A DNA stretch of 63,833 nucleotides, the filler included, from Kipferlia bialata (taxonomy: Eukaryota): the NCBI GenBank assembly GCA_003568945.1. It is 7 parts of 6 records of this genome, joined end to end, with 100 filler letters (N's around TTAATTAATTAA, not from the genome) between each part and the next. Parts side by side here need not be neighbours in the genome. Positions count along the whole stretch, not along the records: positions 1 to 6,594 come from BDIP01001064.1; positions 6,695 to 10,849 come from BDIP01001064.1; positions 10,950 to 23,531 come from BDIP01001065.1; 4 more parts are not named here. The stretch is one strand, 5' to 3'. Positions 1 to 12,263 of this stretch are shown here, in pieces (within the stretch, counting starts at the first letter, position 1; each line of letters opens with the position of its first letter). Position numbers and translations under genes: made by a program. The notes under the pieces are model-generated. The model was given only the letters and a program-made list of their open reading frames with translations, ran no database searches and was not told where the DNA came from.

Positions 1-196
1 AAAACCAAAAGGGGGAAAATCCCCCCCCCCCCCCCCCCCTCACACACACAACCCACCACCACCACCCACATGTGGCATTTGCTTATATGGACTCTTAACC
101 CCCAGGACCCATGCCCATGCTGCCACCCCTCAACTCTCTCTCTCTCTCTCTCTCTCTCTATTTCAAGTTTACCCTTGTGTCCTTCTTAACCATTAG

Positions 197-288
197 GACC
201 CATGCCCATGCTGCCACCCTTCAGCTACTGGAGTCACTCAGAGAGGCCATGGATGACACACAGGTAGGGAATGTATGGTGGTCTATTG

Positions 289-332
<44 letters not shown>

Positions 333-3300
333 TCCCTCTTTACCATCAGGTCTCAGGTGCCCGCACTGTCCTGCCTCTCTCTCTCTCTCTCTCTCTCTCT
401 GTCTTAACCATCAGGTCTCAGGTGCCCGCACTGTCTTGCCCCAGCTATGCACTGCGGTGGCACACTTCTTTGTGGCACAGCTATTTAGGGACACGGCGCT
501 AGGTGAGTATATATATATATATGTGTGTGTGTGTATGTATGTATCCATTCAAGCAATGTTATTGCCCACTTCTTCGTGGCACAGCTATTTAGGGACACGG
601 CACTCGGTACGAGAAGTGACTATACATATATATGCGAGTCTTGTACTCGTAACGATGGCTGAATACTTATACTCTGACTCCTGTACACTGTACTTACCAC
701 CCAGGCGAGGCTGTCTCTCTGATAGTGACTGGTCTCAACCACAGAGACCCAGAGGTCAGGGGGGCATGCGCCAACATCGTCAGGTAGGACCATTTCTATA
801 TAGTACTGTGACTTTGTGCATCTTGACTCACCTTTAGGCACATCTACACCCAGGCCCAGCAGCTGTTGGTCTCTGCCCCTGCCCTCGTGTCATTCTGTGT
901 GGGATCACCCGCACTCCAGGTACGATGATATAGTGTATTACGTAATACTATACTATGTACCTATGGGTATTCTTGCATGTGTCTAACCCCCAGGACCAGG
1001 CCCCCACCCTCCTCAACAGTCTCTCTCTCTCTCTCTCTTTTCTTATCTTTCATGTCTAACCCCCAGGACCAGGCCCCGACCCTCCTGGCTGCTCTTACAC
1101 CCATCAGCAGACGCTATGCCGCCACCATGTCCCTCCCTGCCGCCTCTGCCAGGCACACCCAAGTGCAGATAGCTAGGTATGTGATACTAGTGCATTATGT
1201 AGTGTATAGTGTATACATATAAATGTATATAGTAATAGTGCTTCTGCCAGACACGCCCAAGTCCAGATAGCGAGGTACCAATGCTAGTATATATATACCA
1301 GTATTGTATATATGTACAATTTTCTCACCCACCAGGCTGATTAGTGGCCAGGGCAACCCCAGAGGAGTGGCCATGGCCCTCAAGGTATCCACTGTCATTC
1401 ATATCACCCACTTATATATATATACCCACTTACCCCCAGGAGTCCCTGGATGGTGCCCGGGGCGGCATGGGCATGGGGCAGACAGGGGACTTCCAGAAGG
1501 TACAGCCTCTCTCTCTCTCTCTCTCTCTCTACACCCTTAATGGTAGGTCTGTCAGGTCATGTCCAACACCATCTCTCTCTCTCTCTCTCTCTCTACACCC
1601 TTATTGTCAGGTCTGCCAGGTCATGTCCAACACCATCCTGGAGTGTGTTCTGTCTGAGAGAGAGAGAGAGACCTCCAGGCTGGACGAGAAGGAGAGGGAG
1701 AGAGACAGAGAGTCCCCAGACGGCAAGGAGAAGAAGGCTGAGCGCGAGAGGGAGAGGGAGAGGGAGAGGGAGAGAGATATCATCTGCCAGTTTGTGGACT
1801 ATCTCGACCCCGAGATCTACGCCTGCCTCAGAGCCGAGCTCCTCAGGAGAACAAGGTACTATATGTACGCAGTATGATCTTAATATTACGCGATATATAC
1901 TGATACCCAGGGATGTTGTGTCGGACATTCTCGCCGATGCCCAGAGTCACTGTGAGAGGGAGAGAGAGAGGGCGGAACAGAAGGAGAGAGAGTCTGCTGC
2001 TGATACCGAGAGGGAGAGAGAGAGAGTCCGCGATGACAGGGAGAGAGAGAGAGAGCTCGAGAATGCTGACCTGAGGCGCATGTCCCTGTCGCCCACATTC
2101 GTCAGCAGGTAATGCGAATGTACTCACACATAGAATGATAATTAGTTCATTGTCCCTGCTGGGTAAACTTGCATTCTTCATTCTCTTACCCTCAGGGACC
2201 CTTCTCACATGAGACTGCTCGAGAGGGAGCGTGAGAGGAAGAGGGAGAGGGAGAGAAGAGAGGGCCATGCCTCAAGTGACAGGGAGAGAGAGAGAGAGTC
2301 TGACCTGGAGGAGGTGTGCTCGGTCCCAGTCTCTCAGGTACCAATAATGTTGAGTATATATTGTATATATTGTACCTTATCCTCAGGTTGCCACTCTGGG
2401 TGCTGTCCTGGGCCGTCTGACTGTGGCCCTGTCCAGACCCATCCTCAGGAGGGAGCTGGACCTCAGGTATATACACCTCCCTATCTCTCTCTCTCAGCAT
2501 GATGTTATGTAAGTTCTTTCTAGTGAATGCGTCTTACCCGCAGAGCCCTGCTTCTGACCTCCCTCCAGTACAACGAGGCCCAGTCTATGGAGAGGGTCAT
2601 TGTGCTGGCTATTGGGATTGTCAGAGCTTGCAGGTAAGTATTTTGTTAGAACACGAATATGTTCACTCTTTCTCTCCCTGTCTGACCCTCTAGGTGGAGC
2701 AGGTTCCTCCCCATCACCAGCTCATGGGCCGTGGACATACTGTCCGTGGTGCAGGTAAAGACACTAATCTCTCTCTATTATGTAAAGATCCACACTCTCT
2801 ATTTGATTTCATCTCACCATCTATTATTATTTTAACCCCCAGGAGATCAGTTTGTATTCTCTTTGTTAGTCTTATTCTCTTGGTTAGTCATTTGATTACT
2901 TCCAACCCTCAGGAGATCATCCACAAGAGAAGTGACATTGTCACCCTGAGTGCCAAGCTGGAGCTGTCGACACTTAAGACTGATTGCCCGGGGATCAGGT
3001 ATTATACACATTTCATATTCTTCAAATATACACATTCTAAGTTTCCAGACAGAATAGTGTTTGTAGTAGTCCTTTCTCAATGCTCACCCCAGACATGACA
3101 AGCTCATTGACCGCCACCTCGTCACACCACTGGCTGTGCCCAAGGTAGGGACTTCTCTCTCTCTCTCATGGTTCTTCTTCTCTCTCTATCCCTTACCCTG
3201 TTACACATGGCTTTCTTTGCACTCTCTTTCACTATCTACTTTGTAGTATACATATACGTATAGTCTCTTCATATTAACACAAGGCCGTCTGCCCCGTCCT

Positions 3301-6300
3301 TGTCCCCCACTCCATGCCAGCTCTGGTGCCACCACCAAGGTATCTCTCTCTCTCTCTCTCTCTCTCTTAGTATCCCCACTTCTCTCAATTGCGCGCGCGC
3401 TCCTTCTCTTCCCCTCTCACCCCCCAGAGCTCTATCCGACACCCTTCTCCTCTCCCACGGCCTGTCCTCGTCAGATGCCAACTGGAGAAGGTATGCACAC
3501 ACACACACATGTGTATGGTATCCATTCCACTTATAACAATATCCCTTGTATATATATACAAGGTCTATGTCTATTTGTCTTTCTCACCCCCAGGCTGAGC
3601 CCCCTGGCAGAGGCACTGGCAGCAGCCAACCCTACACTCCTACAGGTATGGCCACTATTTAGCTGCATATAATGCTTAAATATCGCGTATATTTCTCACT
3701 GTAGGACGTCCAATCTGCTGCCAAGACAGCCAAGGAGCAGGTGGAGGCCGAGGTTGCCAGGAAGGCCGCCACACAGGCCATGGCCACAACGGCATCTCTC
3801 ATACCATACGGTACGGACTAATCTACGCGATGTGATGGTACTACACGATCCTTACTGACTCCAGATCTGTTTGCCGGCGAGACCCACTCTGTTGTGGGGT
3901 CTGAGGGTGTCCCTGCCTTTGCCCAGTCCCACTCGGCATCACTCCCGCAGAGGAAGCCACAGCCTATTAGGAGGTATATATATATACATACATGTATATA
4001 TATATATTTATATGGTAATATATGTGTATATGTATATATATTGCCCAGTCCCACTCGGCATCACTCCCACAGAGGAAGCCTCAGCCAATTAGAAGGTATA
4101 GACTGAGTGTACAGCAGTCCTAATATCTCTTTCATTGGTTCTCTCTAACTCTCCAGGAGTGCCATTGAGGCTGTCCTCTATGCCACTGTGGCCAAGCTAG
4201 CCGGGTCACTGGCAGCTGGGTCTCTGCTGGTCAAGCTCAGGTATGCAAGCCATATGGAAAGACAAGCGTCAGTGGCATTGATATCATACATTTTATTTTG
4301 TATATACATATACTTCGTTTCTTACACCCAGGAACCAGCTCATGGATGCCATCCTGCCCAACGTCACAAGGTATGAAGTGTATGTGACATTATAGTTTTA
4401 CAGTTGTGTCTCTCTCTCTTTCTATGTATGTCTCACCCCAGCACTGTCCCCGAGGCAATGAATGTAGTATATACATATATTTGTAGTGATGTCTAAGTGT
4501 ATGTGTGTCTCACCCCAAGCACTGTCCCCGAGGCAGAGCAGCTGGTGCTGAGGCTGGTGGCATCACTCATTAGAAGGTATTGTTCACAATGTGAACTTCA
4601 CATATACATGGGACTATACTCCATGATACATTTACATGTGAGTAATGTCATTGTGTTGGTGATTCATTCGGATTCGGAATATTCATTCATTTACCATAGG
4701 GTTGTGCAGGGCCACATTGGTAAGGTGGAGGCCACAGCTGCAGACCTGGCCAAGAAGATGATGCACGAGAGGTATGGATACAGTATGTATATATCAATGT
4801 GCAGGATCTACATCAGATAGTATATTGAGTGTATTTGTAATTATAGAGTTGGGTTGCTATGACCTGGCCAAGAAGATGATGCACGAGAGGTATGATATGG
4901 TTATAATGAATATTCATAGCGTCATGCATGTATATTTCTAATTCCTAGGCTATCTGGCATGCTTGCCTCTGACCCCCGTCCCATCCCCAAGCACCTGAGG
5001 GTCAGCAGCAGACTGCTCAGCAGTGACATGGGTATGTTCGTGTGTTACGTGTCATACTAACAACCACATGTCTACTCTACTATAGCTCTGAAATGATACA
5101 TATGTATATGAATGTGTGTTTATGTCTTTGTCTTACCCCCCAGTCCACAAGTCCACCATGGGCCTCTACCATGACATTTTTTCCATTCTATAAGTATATA
5201 AGTATATATGAGTGTGTTCTTGTATAGTGTAGATTCACTGCCTTACCCCCCAGCCCACAAGTCCACCATGGGTCTGTGCACCGACCTGCACCCAACCCTC
5301 AAGGCAGTCAAGGGCGTCATCAGGTATATACATTATATACAGTATATTCACATTATTGTGGGTAGGCCACAGGATAATTGTATTTATAGTATGTGTGTCA
5401 TATACATCCTAGTGTATGTATATACTATATAGAACACTCAAGGCAGTCAAGGGCGTCATCACCTGATGATAGTGTGTTTGATATATACACGTATGTGAAT
5501 ATTAATATATATTTCTCTCCTCACACTAGGCGTAGTACTGAGGGCCCCCTTGTGCGCACTCTCTCTCTCTCTATCTCTTTAATAACCCCTCCTTATACAT
5601 AGGCGTAGTACCGAGGGCCCCCTTGTGCGCACTGTGTCTGTGGATGACAGGGCCAAGCTACTGGCATATGCACCCAGGGTGCTGGGAGACCAGCCAAGGT
5701 ATATATTAACTACTGATATAGTATAGTACTACTAGGTACATTCCTTACCTTTCCTCTTTACATTTGTATATGTCTGAATGTGAATCACTAGCTACTCTTG
5801 ATATCACATATACATATGCACCCAGAGTGCTGGGAGACCAGCCTAGGTATATATATACACTGCCTAGTATTTATTCAGATTATTCTTAGACCCATGTGTT
5901 GATATCTTCTCTTGCATAATGCATAATGTGTATATTTAACAGTGTGTATGTATGTATATGGCTGCCGTCTTCTCCTCTCACTCCCAGGGGTGGCCGGTGT
6001 CTGATCCCCCCCTCAGCAGATGGAGAGACATCCCTCAAGCTGTCAGAAGACGCAAGGTATAGTGATTATAGTGGAATGAATTTAAGGTGTACTCTCTGTC
6101 ACTGTGACATCCCTCAAGCTGTCAGAGGACGCAAGGTGTGTATACAATATCGTGTAGTATAGTAGACTATTAGTATAGACGTGAAGTAGTACAATACCCA
6201 GTATCTCTTCTTACCATCAGGTTGAGTGAGGACAGCCAGCTGATAGCCCCTGTCCTGAGGGCAGTACATGCATCAGTGAGGCAGTACTCGTATTACATGG

Positions 6301-6528
6301 ACAATGAGCCAGGTACAGTTTACGTAACCGTATCCTCTCTCTCTATGTATGCATGCACTTCCATCTTTACCCTCCATCTTACTCTGACCTATCTGATGTA
6401 TAAATGTATGAGTGACATACTCTTACCCCCCAGCTGACTCCGATGCGCCCTCTACCAGTGGCACCCCCTCCCCCATCCTGGCCTGTGACAGTCACGTCAC
6501 CCCAGAGGCAGTCAGGACAGCCCTGCAG
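197..6528 (+). CDS. Large multi-exon (about 25 or more exons) alpha-helical protein with a HEAT-like repeat and ER-rich tracts; truncated at both ends
   Basis: Hand-spliced GT-AG exons keep frame, e.g. ...AQLFRDTAL|GEAVSLIVTGLNHRDPEVRGACANIVR|HIYTQ... The segment LNHRDPEVRGACA resembles a HEAT-repeat turn. Family not recognised. Confidence 0.75.
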
Positions 6529-6594
6529 GTAAATACACTCCTTATCCCCCCCCCCCCTCTCTCTCTCTCTCTCTCTTCAAATGTGTACGTGCAT

Positions 6595-6694
6595 NNNNNN
6601 NNNNNNNNNNNNNNNNNNNNNNNNNNNNNNNNNNNNNNTTAATTAATTAANNNNNNNNNNNNNNNNNNNNNNNNNNNNNNNNNNNNNNNNNNNN
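6595..6694. other. Artificial contig spacer (N44-TTAATTAATTAA-N44)
   Basis: The same 100-nt linker, with stops in all frames, recurs at 10850-10949, 23532-23631, 36186-36285, 48838-48937 and 61485-61584. Confidence 0.98.
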
Positions 6695-6733
6695 CGCTGG
6701 CAGGGGGGTGGGGGGGTGGGGGGGGGGACTCAC

Positions 6734-6968
6734 TTGGGAGACCTTCCTTGGTCTTAGTGGCCCACACATTGTCAGAGCCGTCGACTGGCTCGAGCGACGC
6801 CTCCTCATACCGCCTGTCTGCAGACTGGTACCACAGATCACACTCGGACAGCAGGAAGCTCTGCTCAATGGAGGCACGGCGCTGGTGCCGCCTCCTGACA
6901 TTAAGGGCACATGCCACACCCGTACAGACTGTGGTGCCCACTGCCAGCAGTTCAACACAGTTCAGCAT
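6734..6968 (-). CDS. First exon of an unknown protein with an N-terminal hydrophobic anchor; remainder lost at the contig end
   Basis: MLNCVELLAVGTTVCTGVACALNVRRRH... followed by a GTGAGT donor at 6733. Confidence 0.55.
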
Positions 6969-7260
6969 CGATGAACACTGCCTAAAGAGAAGTGAACCAA
7001 GTCTCTCATTCAAGGGGCTCTAATACAATGAACAATCATTTATGCAGTATACCCTGGCCTTACAGGCAGTGGTCTTGCAAACGCCAGTATGACACATATT
7101 AAACAACACCCCACACTTCTTAGGGAAGGCGGGCACAAAAATACCGGAGAAGCGCAGCGCATTGATACAGATAGAATCAACACAGTCTGCGGCAAACCTC
7201 CAACCGGAACGAGGCAGAAACCCACACATCTGCCATCCCAGACTCTCAACGTCCCTCCCC

Positions 7261-7602
7261 TCACAGCTTGTCCTTGGCGGTCTTTGTGAGCATGGCGGTG
7301 GCAAACTCCCCACAGTGGGCTGCAGCAGAGGCAGACCTGTTTCTGGCAAACTCAATCACCATGTCCTTGCCAAACACGTTCATGCCCTGGAACCGCTGCA
7401 TGGCACCGGCAGCCTCCTCGGGCTTGGAGAACACGACAAAGGCCTGTCCACGCATGGGGCCCCTCTTGCACACAACTGAGATGACCCTCCCATGGGAGCT
7501 GAACAGGTGGTACAGGGACTCAGTCAGGTCCTTCTTGGAGACATGGTCATTGAGGTTCTTGATGTAGAGTGTCTCGTGGACGCTATCTCCCTCTACCTCC
7601 AT
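7261..7602 (-). CDS. U1A/U2B''/SNF-family spliceosomal single-RRM protein (113 aa, intronless)
   Basis: ETLYIKNLND...LYHLFSSHG...MRGQAFVVF...QGMNVFGKDMVIEFAR matches the U1A/U2B'' RRM1 pattern (TIYINNLNE, MRGQAFVIF, QGFPFYDKPMRIQYAK). An upstream in-frame ATG at 7701 is an alternative start. Confidence 0.9.
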   Translation of the reverse strand: MEVEGDSVHETLYIKNLNDHVSKKDLTESLYHLFSSHGRVISVVCKRGPMRGQAFVVFSKPEEAAGAMQRFQGMNVFGKDMVIEFARNRSASAAAHCGEFATAMLTKTAKDKL

Positions 7603-7733
7603 CCGATGATCAAGGTACAAGAAGAGAGCCATTCCAGCAGTGAGGGTATCCTCATTTCTTGCTCTCCCATCACTTTTTTCATACCCTCTCCTCTGAGCCA
7701 TGGACAGTTCCAGTCTGAACCGTCTCTAACAAC

Positions 7734-8863
7734 ATGAACCAGCACTACACCGAGCTATCTGCATCCCGTGAGGCCGAGGGCGCCCTACAGGCCAAGGTGT
7801 CCTCAGTGAGACACGAGAGTACGTGTCCATGCTCTTTCATCATTTCAAACATTGGTGACCAATGTGAATAGTCTGCCTCACCCCAGTTGTTGTTGCCTTC
7901 CATGCCCTGGACAATGGCAAGATATCCCCCGCCCAGTTCTATGCCGAGATGAAGGACCTTGGCGTGTACATGACAGAGAGCAGGTGGGTCTGGTTGAGTC
8001 GCATGTCACGATGCTTGGTATTATGATACTAGCCTGGTGCTGCTTGTCTTGTTTCGTACATAGGCTAACCCCAGCCGCCGTCTTATCACGGACTTCAAGT
8101 ACAGTGGTAACCTAGTGTTTCAGAGCCTGTTCAAGGCCATGTGTACACCAGGTAGGGTGTGTCAGTGAGCACCTGTCCTCTCCCCTTACATTCAGATGAG
8201 GGCTACATCAAGGAGTATGCTGTCAATGCCGGAATTGATGTGCAGCCCCCTGTCACAGAGGTGGAGGCACGCTACGAGAGGCCTGCCCCTCCCCAGGAGA
8301 GAGACAGGTGTGGCTTGTGTGCTTGCTATATCTCTCCCCCATGTATATACACATTTGTGTGTATCGCATGCGACTGACCCCAGCACCACTAGGTCTGAGC
8401 GTGTCCGTTCCATCATGACCACCTTCTGCGATGGCCACATGAGGCCAGAGGAGGCAGCCAGGGTGGGGCATGTCACAATATGTATATGACACTATGACTC
8501 TCTGATGAGCCTCGCCCTCACTCCCAGTCCCTGGGTGCCCTTGACCTCACTGTGTCCGACGAGTTGACCAGAGTCATGAACAGGCACTTCCAGACATCCT
8601 GCTCCTCCTTCAGAGAGATGATGCACCTCATCACCATAGCCAACGAGGAGGCAGGGGCAGGGACCGGAAAGGTATGTCACGGGTATAGTGTCACAAATGC
8701 AGTAATGTACTAGACTTAGGGTATAATATCTTTACCAGTCCCACACCAGCCCCTGGTGTCTGTGAGGCATGCCCCCCTCGATCAGTGTGTGTCCCCCCAG
8801 AGTGAGAAGGTCCAGAGGGACATTGTGGGGAAGGGGGTCAGAGACTCAATCTCCTGGTTCTAG
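7734..8863 (+). CDS. Seven-exon protein with degenerate EF-hand-like segments
   Basis: Spliced: MNQHYTELS...RHE|IVVAFHALDNGKISPAQFYAEMKDLGVYM...|...RDSISWF*. The segment AFHALDNGKISPAQF is EF-hand-like. Confidence 0.65.
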
Positions 8864-9138
8864 AGGAAGTGTGAGTCAGTGTATGAGTAGAAGAATGAGA
8901 ATATTGTAGATTGACCGTAATAGATATCGATTTGAGAGGTGTCAAGTCAGATGCAACAGCATTTGAGTAGCTTAAAACCAGTATACGAACCGCATCACAC
9001 CACACAGAGACTATCTCAATTATTCATTCATATTCTTCAATCGTATTCTCGCTTGGACCGTCTCTACCCTGGCCCAAGTGCCGGCACACCCTCCAAACGG
9101 AGAGCAGCAGGCCCTAGCTAAAGCCACGCCGTCACACC

Positions 9139-10797
9139 TTACTCAAGGTCGATGTCAGCGTAGTTGGTGCCGCCCATCAGCCTCCTCTTGTCTCCTCCGT
9201 ACCTGGAGTAGACGTAGAAGATGCCGAAAGCAGCGGCGGCCACTCCGAGGATGGCCAGCACCCAGATCCACCAGGTGGAGGAGGCAGAGAACTCCTGGGG
9301 CAGGTATGCGGACATGAGGCCGTTCTCGAGGTCCTTGGCCAGCACATTGACGTAGAAGTCCTCGTTGGGGTAGGCCACGGTGGATGTGATGGTGAAGGTG
9401 TTGGAGTCGGGGATGGAGGGGAAGACCACCCACTCCGACCCAGAGTTGAGGTCGTAGTACAGGGGGCTGCCGCCGCCCATGACACCGCAGGAGGTGGAGG
9501 GCACCCAGGCCGAGGAGGAGCCGTCGCCCTTGGGCACCATGTACACGGCATAGGCTATCTGCTGGGGGGAGCTGCCGGGGCTGGAGGACACGGCGGGGGG
9601 GAAGGTGACCTCGATGGAGTTCTTCTTGCCAGAGGCGAGGGAGATGCCGCCCTGCTTCTCGGGGACGGGCCTCTGCTCACCGGCGGAGAAGTACAGCTCG
9701 TAGTCGTCGGTGGATCCACCGGTGGAGGAGGCGTCGACGACGGAGGCGTAGTATGTGATGCCCCTGGGGTCGTCAGAGCCGGTCTGGAAGAAGAGCTCGG
9801 TGCCCCAGTTGCCGGACACGGAGTACTGGTAGCTGGTGGCGGTGGGGAAGGCCTCCATGGAGGAGATGAACAGCTCGGGGTTTCCACGGCAGGGAGACAC
9901 AGTCCAGGAGTTGGCCAGAGAGTCGACGTTGCAGCCGAAGTAGCGGTAGTCGCCGGTGACCTGGTCGGACACGTGGACGTGGTCGTTGAGCCTGATGCCT
10001 GTGATGGTCTTGTCGGAGTGCAGGTTGGCCATGTAGGTCATTCTCTCGTCCAGCTCGGCAGTTCCCTCAACGGCAATGTACATGTTGCCGGATCCAAGGT
10101 AGGAGCGGGGGATAGTGATGTATGAGACACCTCCTCTCATCACGCTCCACTGGGCATTGAGGGAGTTGGGCAGGGGGTTGTCGTCGTCGGCGTTGACGTA
10201 CATCTCAGCGGTGGCGTCGAAGAACTGCTCGGGGAAGAAGTAGTCGTCGAAGTAGGGGGACAGGGTGAGGGTGTAGTAGGTGTTGGTGGAGGACCCGGAC
10301 AGGATGTACTTCATGTACTCGAGGTCGCCTGGGGTGTAGAGGTCGAGCTGCACGTCGTGGTCGGCGGCGTCCCTCTGGACAAGAGCGGCAGTCACGGAGA
10401 TGACCTCGGGGTCACCGGCCTCACCGTCCCACAGGATGGTCATGTATCCAACCTGGTTGACGTTGGAGGTCTCGACGTTGATGTGGGCGTTGCCGGGGGC
10501 GTTGAAGACCATGTCGCAGTCGTTGACATCACCGATGCGGGGGTGGGACACGGAGGCAGAGTAGCACACCTGGCAGGGGGCACCGGTCACCTGGAGCCAC
10601 AGGTCGGTGAAGGTGAATACAGGGGGGAACCAGAAGTCAAAGTAGTCGGCATCGTTGGCCTCGAGGTTGATGCTCTTGGCCACGTCGAAGTCCATCCTCT
10701 CGTTGAGCTCGAGGGACATGCCGAAAGTGGAGTCGGGGGAGATGCGGCCGGGGAAGAAGCCGATGTACACGTTACCGGCAACAAAGAGAGGGGACTC
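9139..10797 (-). CDS. Type I membrane protein with a beta-sandwich/FN3 ectodomain (NDNF-like), C-terminal TM helix and YxxPhi tail; 5' exon(s) missing
   Basis: A 553-codon last exon follows a CCCCAG acceptor and has very high GC3. TM helix WWIWVLAILGVAAAAFGIFYVY; tail ...GGTNYADIDLE*. Confidence 0.85.
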   Translation of the reverse strand, partial: ESPLFVAGNVYIGFFPGRISPDSTFGMSLELNERMDFDVAKSINLEANDADYFDFWFPPVFTFTDLWLQVTGAPCQVCYSASVSHPRIGDVNDCDMVFNAPGNAHINVETSNVNQVGYMTILWDGEAGDPEVISVTAALVQRDAADHDVQLDLYTPGDLEYMKYILSGSSTNTYYTLTLSPYFDDYFFPEQFFDATAEMYVNADDDNPLPNSLNAQWSVMRGGVSYITIPRSYLGSGNMYIAVEGTAELDERMTYMANLHSDKTITGIRLNDHVHVSDQVTGDYRYFGCNVDSLANSWTVSPCRGNPELFISSMEAFPTATSYQYSVSGNWGTELFFQTGSDDPRGITYYASVVDASSTGGSTDDYELYFSAGEQRPVPEKQGGISLASGKKNSIEVTFPPAVSSSPGSSPQQIAYAVYMVPKGDGSSSAWVPSTSCGVMGGGSPLYYDLNSGSEWVVFPSIPDSNTFTITSTVAYPNEDFYVNVLAKDLENGLMSAYLPQEFSASSTWWIWVLAILGVAAAAFGIFYVYSRYGGDKRRLMGGTNYADIDLE

Positions 10798-10949
10798 CTG
10801 GGGATGAGGGGGGGGGGGGGGGGGGGGGGGGGGAAAGGGTATAAAAACANNNNNNNNNNNNNNNNNNNNNNNNNNNNNNNNNNNNNNNNNNNNTTAATTA
10901 ATTAANNNNNNNNNNNNNNNNNNNNNNNNNNNNNNNNNNNNNNNNNNNN

Positions 10950-10999
<50 letters not shown>

Positions 11000-11138
11000 G
11001 TATCCACTGTATTTATGTCTATATGTATTGAGTATATATCTCCCCTTAGGTGATGACCATGAGTTTGAGGGCAAGCTGTATCTCTCTTTCTCTCTCTAGC
11101 CTATATATATATATACAGTATACATATCCACACCTTAG

Positions 11139-12263
11139 GCGATGACGATGAGTTTGAGGGCAAGCAGTCCCCTGCTGACCTGCATATGCACGAGACACAC
11201 CAGGTATGAGTGTATATCTGCGACAGTGTATACGTGTATCTTGTTTCTCCATCAGACCCTGGCCCTAGCAGATCGAGACATTTACTGGGATCAGCATCAC
11301 TTGTATTCATATACTCACCCCCATATCACCCTATAGATCTATATATACTTATATATGCTCATGTGATACTCACCCCCTAGTCCCTTGCACAGCAGGTCAG
11401 GGCCTCAATACCCTCTCTCTCTCTCTCTTTGAAGTAGTTCTATAAGTCTACTTCTTTTCATCTCTATATACCTCTGTATCTCACCCCCCAGTCCCTTGCC
11501 CAGCAGGTCGGGGTGGCACCGGTGGTAGGGTACAGCAGGTTGGTATAGACCATATATATATATATATACTAATTACTCACCAACATCCAACATCGGTGGA
11601 TATATATATATATTGTTTACAGAGTCTATATGCAGTAGTGGTGGCACCAGTGGTAGGCTACAGCAGGTATGTGTACTGTGTGTACATAGTTATATGTAAA
11701 TTGTTGTATGAATATAGACTGAGAGATAGGTACTGTATTTGTTCCATCTCTCTCTCTCTCCCCTTCTGACATTAAGGGTTGACCCTATGCTCAACCCCAA
11801 GATCAAGCTCTGTGCCAATGGCGCTGTTGTCCTTGTAGGGCTACTCTGCTGCCTGTACTACCCCAACGTGGGAGACATCCTAGGTATCGCGCAGATATTG
11901 TAGTAAGCTTATGTGAGTGTCGCGTAGTATATCAACCTAGTTTTGTCCTCTAACCATAGGCTATGCCGGTGCCATTGGGGGAGGCATGTATGCCTTCCTC
12001 ATGCCTGTCCTCACCCACAAGAAGATCATACAGGTATGGGTCTCTTCTCTCGGACTACGTCTTACTCGGCATATACTGAGGGGCCGTGGCTCTCAGTATA
12101 TGCCGAAGTCCTTGGTCTGTATAGCATATTTGTGGAATGGTCTCTCCCTCTACCCCCTTAATACCAGGTCTTTGGCCGATGGGACATGAGGCAGGAGATC
12201 GTCAGCTGGCTGTGTCTGTCTGTGGGTGCCACAGCCATCATAGGGCAGTTCCTCTTCACATAA
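11139..12263 (+). CDS. Amino-acid transporter (Aa_trans), SLC38A9-like, C-terminal exons only
   Basis: Spliced ...GLLCCLYYPNVGDILGYAGAIGGGMYAFLMPVL...VGATAIIGQFLFT* parallels the SLC38A9 C-terminus (FYPNIGGIIRYSGAACG...FIYPS...LIVQFFM). Confidence 0.75.

Noticed and set aside
6734..6968. Resemblance of WYQSADRRYEE...VDG to the NTM1 methyltransferase N-terminus
   Set aside because: The match is too short and the diagnostic residues are missing.
7020..7260. U1A autoregulatory PIE element in the 3' UTR
   Set aside because: No AUUGCAC-type motifs seen on the coding strand.
6695..10849. A 4.2-kb contig among roughly 12.5-kb contigs, as possible foreign DNA
   Set aside because: It has the same splice signals, codon style and poly-G/C ends as the rest of the window.
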